Of a stretch of 64,000 nucleotides of DNA, positions 62,045-64,000 are shown one piece after another. The notes beneath the pieces are model-generated. The model worked only from the letters and a program-made list of their open reading frames with translations. It was not told the origin of the DNA and searched no databases. Numbering within the stretch: position 1 is the stretch's first letter; every line of letters starts with the position of its first letter. The position numbers and the translations under genes were made by a program. The stretch spans positions 124,001 through 188,000 of the forward strand of contig NIVC01000666.1 in NCBI GenBank assembly GCA_002269645.1, in the 5' to 3' direction. The DNA is from Macrostomum lignano (Eukaryota).

Positions 62045-63500
62045 TTGCTCCCTCAGCCAAAGTCAATCAATATAGTATATGGTTTGGGACCTTCTGCTCA
62101 CTCAGTCACGATCAATCAATATAGTCTATGGTTTGGGACCTTCTGCTCCCTCAGCTACAGTCAATCAATATAGTCTATGGTTTGGGACCTTCTGCTCCCT
62201 CAGCCAAAGTCAATCAATATAGTCTATGGTTTGGGCCCTTCTGCTCCCTCAGCCAAAGTAAATCAATATAGTCTATGGTTTGGGCCCTTCTGCTCCCTCA
62301 GCCAAAGTAAATCAATATAGTCTATGGGTTGGGACCTTCTGCTCACTCAGTCACGATCAATCAATATAGTCTATAGTTTGGGACCTACTGATCCCTCAGC
62401 TACAAGTCAATCAATATAGTCTATGGTTTGGGACCTTCTGCTCCCTCAGCCAAAGTCAATCAATATAGTCTATGGTTTGGGACCTTCTGCTCCCTCAGCT
62501 ACAGTCAATCAATATAGTCTATGGTTTGGGACCTTCTGCTCCCTCAGCTACAGTCAATCAATATAGTCTATGGTTTGGGACCTTCTGCTCCCTCAGCTAC
62601 AGTCAATCAATATAGTCTATGGTTTGGGACCTTCTGCTCCCTCAGCTACAGTCAATCAATATAGTCTATGGTTTGGGACCTTCTGCTCTCTCAGCTACAG
62701 TCAATCAATATAGTCTATGGTTTGGGACCTTCTGCTCTCTCAGCTACAGTCAATCAATATAGTCTATGGTTTGGGACCTTCTGCTCTCTCAGCTACAGTC
62801 AATCAATATAGTCTATGGTTTGGGACCTTCTGCATCCTCAGCTACAAGTCAATCAATAAAGTCTATGGTTTGGGACCTTCTGCATCCTCAGCTACAAGTC
62901 AATCAATATAGTCTATGGTTTGGGACCTTCTGCTCCCTCAGCCAAAGTCAATCAATATAGTCTATGGTTTGGGACCTTCTGTATCCTCAGCTACAAGTCA
63001 ATCAATATAGTCTATGGTTTGGGACCTTCTGCTCCCTCAGCTACAGTCAATCAATATAGTTTATGGTTTGGGACCTTCTGCTCCCTCAGCTACAAGTCAA
63101 TCAATATAGTCTATGGTTTGGGACCTTCTGCTCCCTCAGCCAAAGTCAATCAATATAGTCTATGGTTTGGGACCTTCTGCATCCTCAGCTACAAGTCAAT
63201 CAATATAGTCTATGGTTTGGGACCTTCTGCTCCCTCAGCTACAGTCAATCAATATAGTCTATGGTTTGGGACCTTCTGCTCCCTCAGCTACAGTCAATCA
63301 ATATAGTCTATGGTTTGGGACCTTCTGCATCCTCAGCTACAAGTCAATCAATATAGTCTATGGTTTGGGACCTTCTGCTCCCTCAGCTACAGTCAATCAA
63401 TATAGTCTATGGTTTGGGACCTTCTGCTCCCTCAGCTACAGTCAATCAATATAGTCTATGGTTTGGGACCTTCTGCACCCTCAGGTACAAGTCAATCAAT
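62045..63500. repeat. 49-50-bp minisatellite (AGTCAATCAATATAGTCTATGGTTTGGGACCTTCTGCTCCCTCAGCTAC)n
   Basis: About 29 contiguous units with no unique spacers. Confidence 0.97.
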
Positions 63501-64000
63501 ATTCTGTGGTCAAACTATAACATGAACATAAGCAGCCCCTCTGTCTGTGATCATCTTTGCACTTACTTACGAATGGCCCCTTCATCAAAATCGAGCATCC
63601 ATTATTTCATTATGTTTCTTGGTCGCATGGCGGAACTGTAAACCCTTAATTTGCTTGAGCGAGGAAACAGATGTAAAAAAGCATTTCTCATTTCAATATA
63701 AATAAATAAAAAAAGAATGTATGCGAGATAAAAAGGTATCTCGCATACTTTTTTCGTTTCGAAAGAGACGTGGTTGCGCACACCAAAATCGAGCTTTCCA
63801 CCGCCGAGTTCTGTGTTAATTGCGCATAATTGTGTAGCCAAAGTCGGGCTGCCACAAGGTATTCACAATGCACGCAGAAAACTATTGAATTTACTCATGT
63901 AGTCTCTGAGTGTTTACACCCCCACCTCATTGCGCTTCATACAGTACCGAGCAGACAGCATAAAAGAAAATATAATTTCTTGGAAATCTCGAGCCCAAAA

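Noticed and set aside
62045-63500. CRISPR-like appearance of 48-50-bp repeats (also 23448-23830)
   Set aside because: The units are contiguous with no unique spacers, there are no cas genes, and the context is eukaryotic.

Overview
Animal (metazoan) genomic DNA with spliceosomal GT-AG introns. GC-rich exons sit among about 41 unrelated micro- and minisatellite arrays, roughly 40% of the window by hand tally. The style resembles the flatworm Macrostomum, but that assignment is inference only. Five protein-coding genes were rebuilt by hand with phase-consistent splicing. (1) The 3' end of BiP/GRP78 (HSPA5, +, ends KDEL). (2) A complete 9-exon dachshund (+, 5683-22561) with both DachBox-N and DachBox-C. 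(3) A complete 3-exon glutamate-cysteine ligase modifier subunit (GCLM, -, 277 aa). (4) A 2-exon rhodopsin-class neuropeptide-type GPCR (-) with non-canonical YRY and NPCCL motifs. (5) A 4-exon type II membrane M28/PSMA/transferrin-receptor-like protein (+, 691 aa) that seems to have lost its zinc ligands. Mobile elements are a CORE-type SINE, a tRNA-headed SINE, a hAT-type MITE with an 8-bp TSD and a 1.7-kb foldback element with nested hairpins. Nearly all long ORFs in the supplied track are artefacts of the repeats. The most striking unexplained patterns are that minisatellites abut splice sites far more often than expected, that many unrelated repeat units contain the 5' splice-site word GTGAG, and that the TfR-like protein looks like a pseudo-peptidase.
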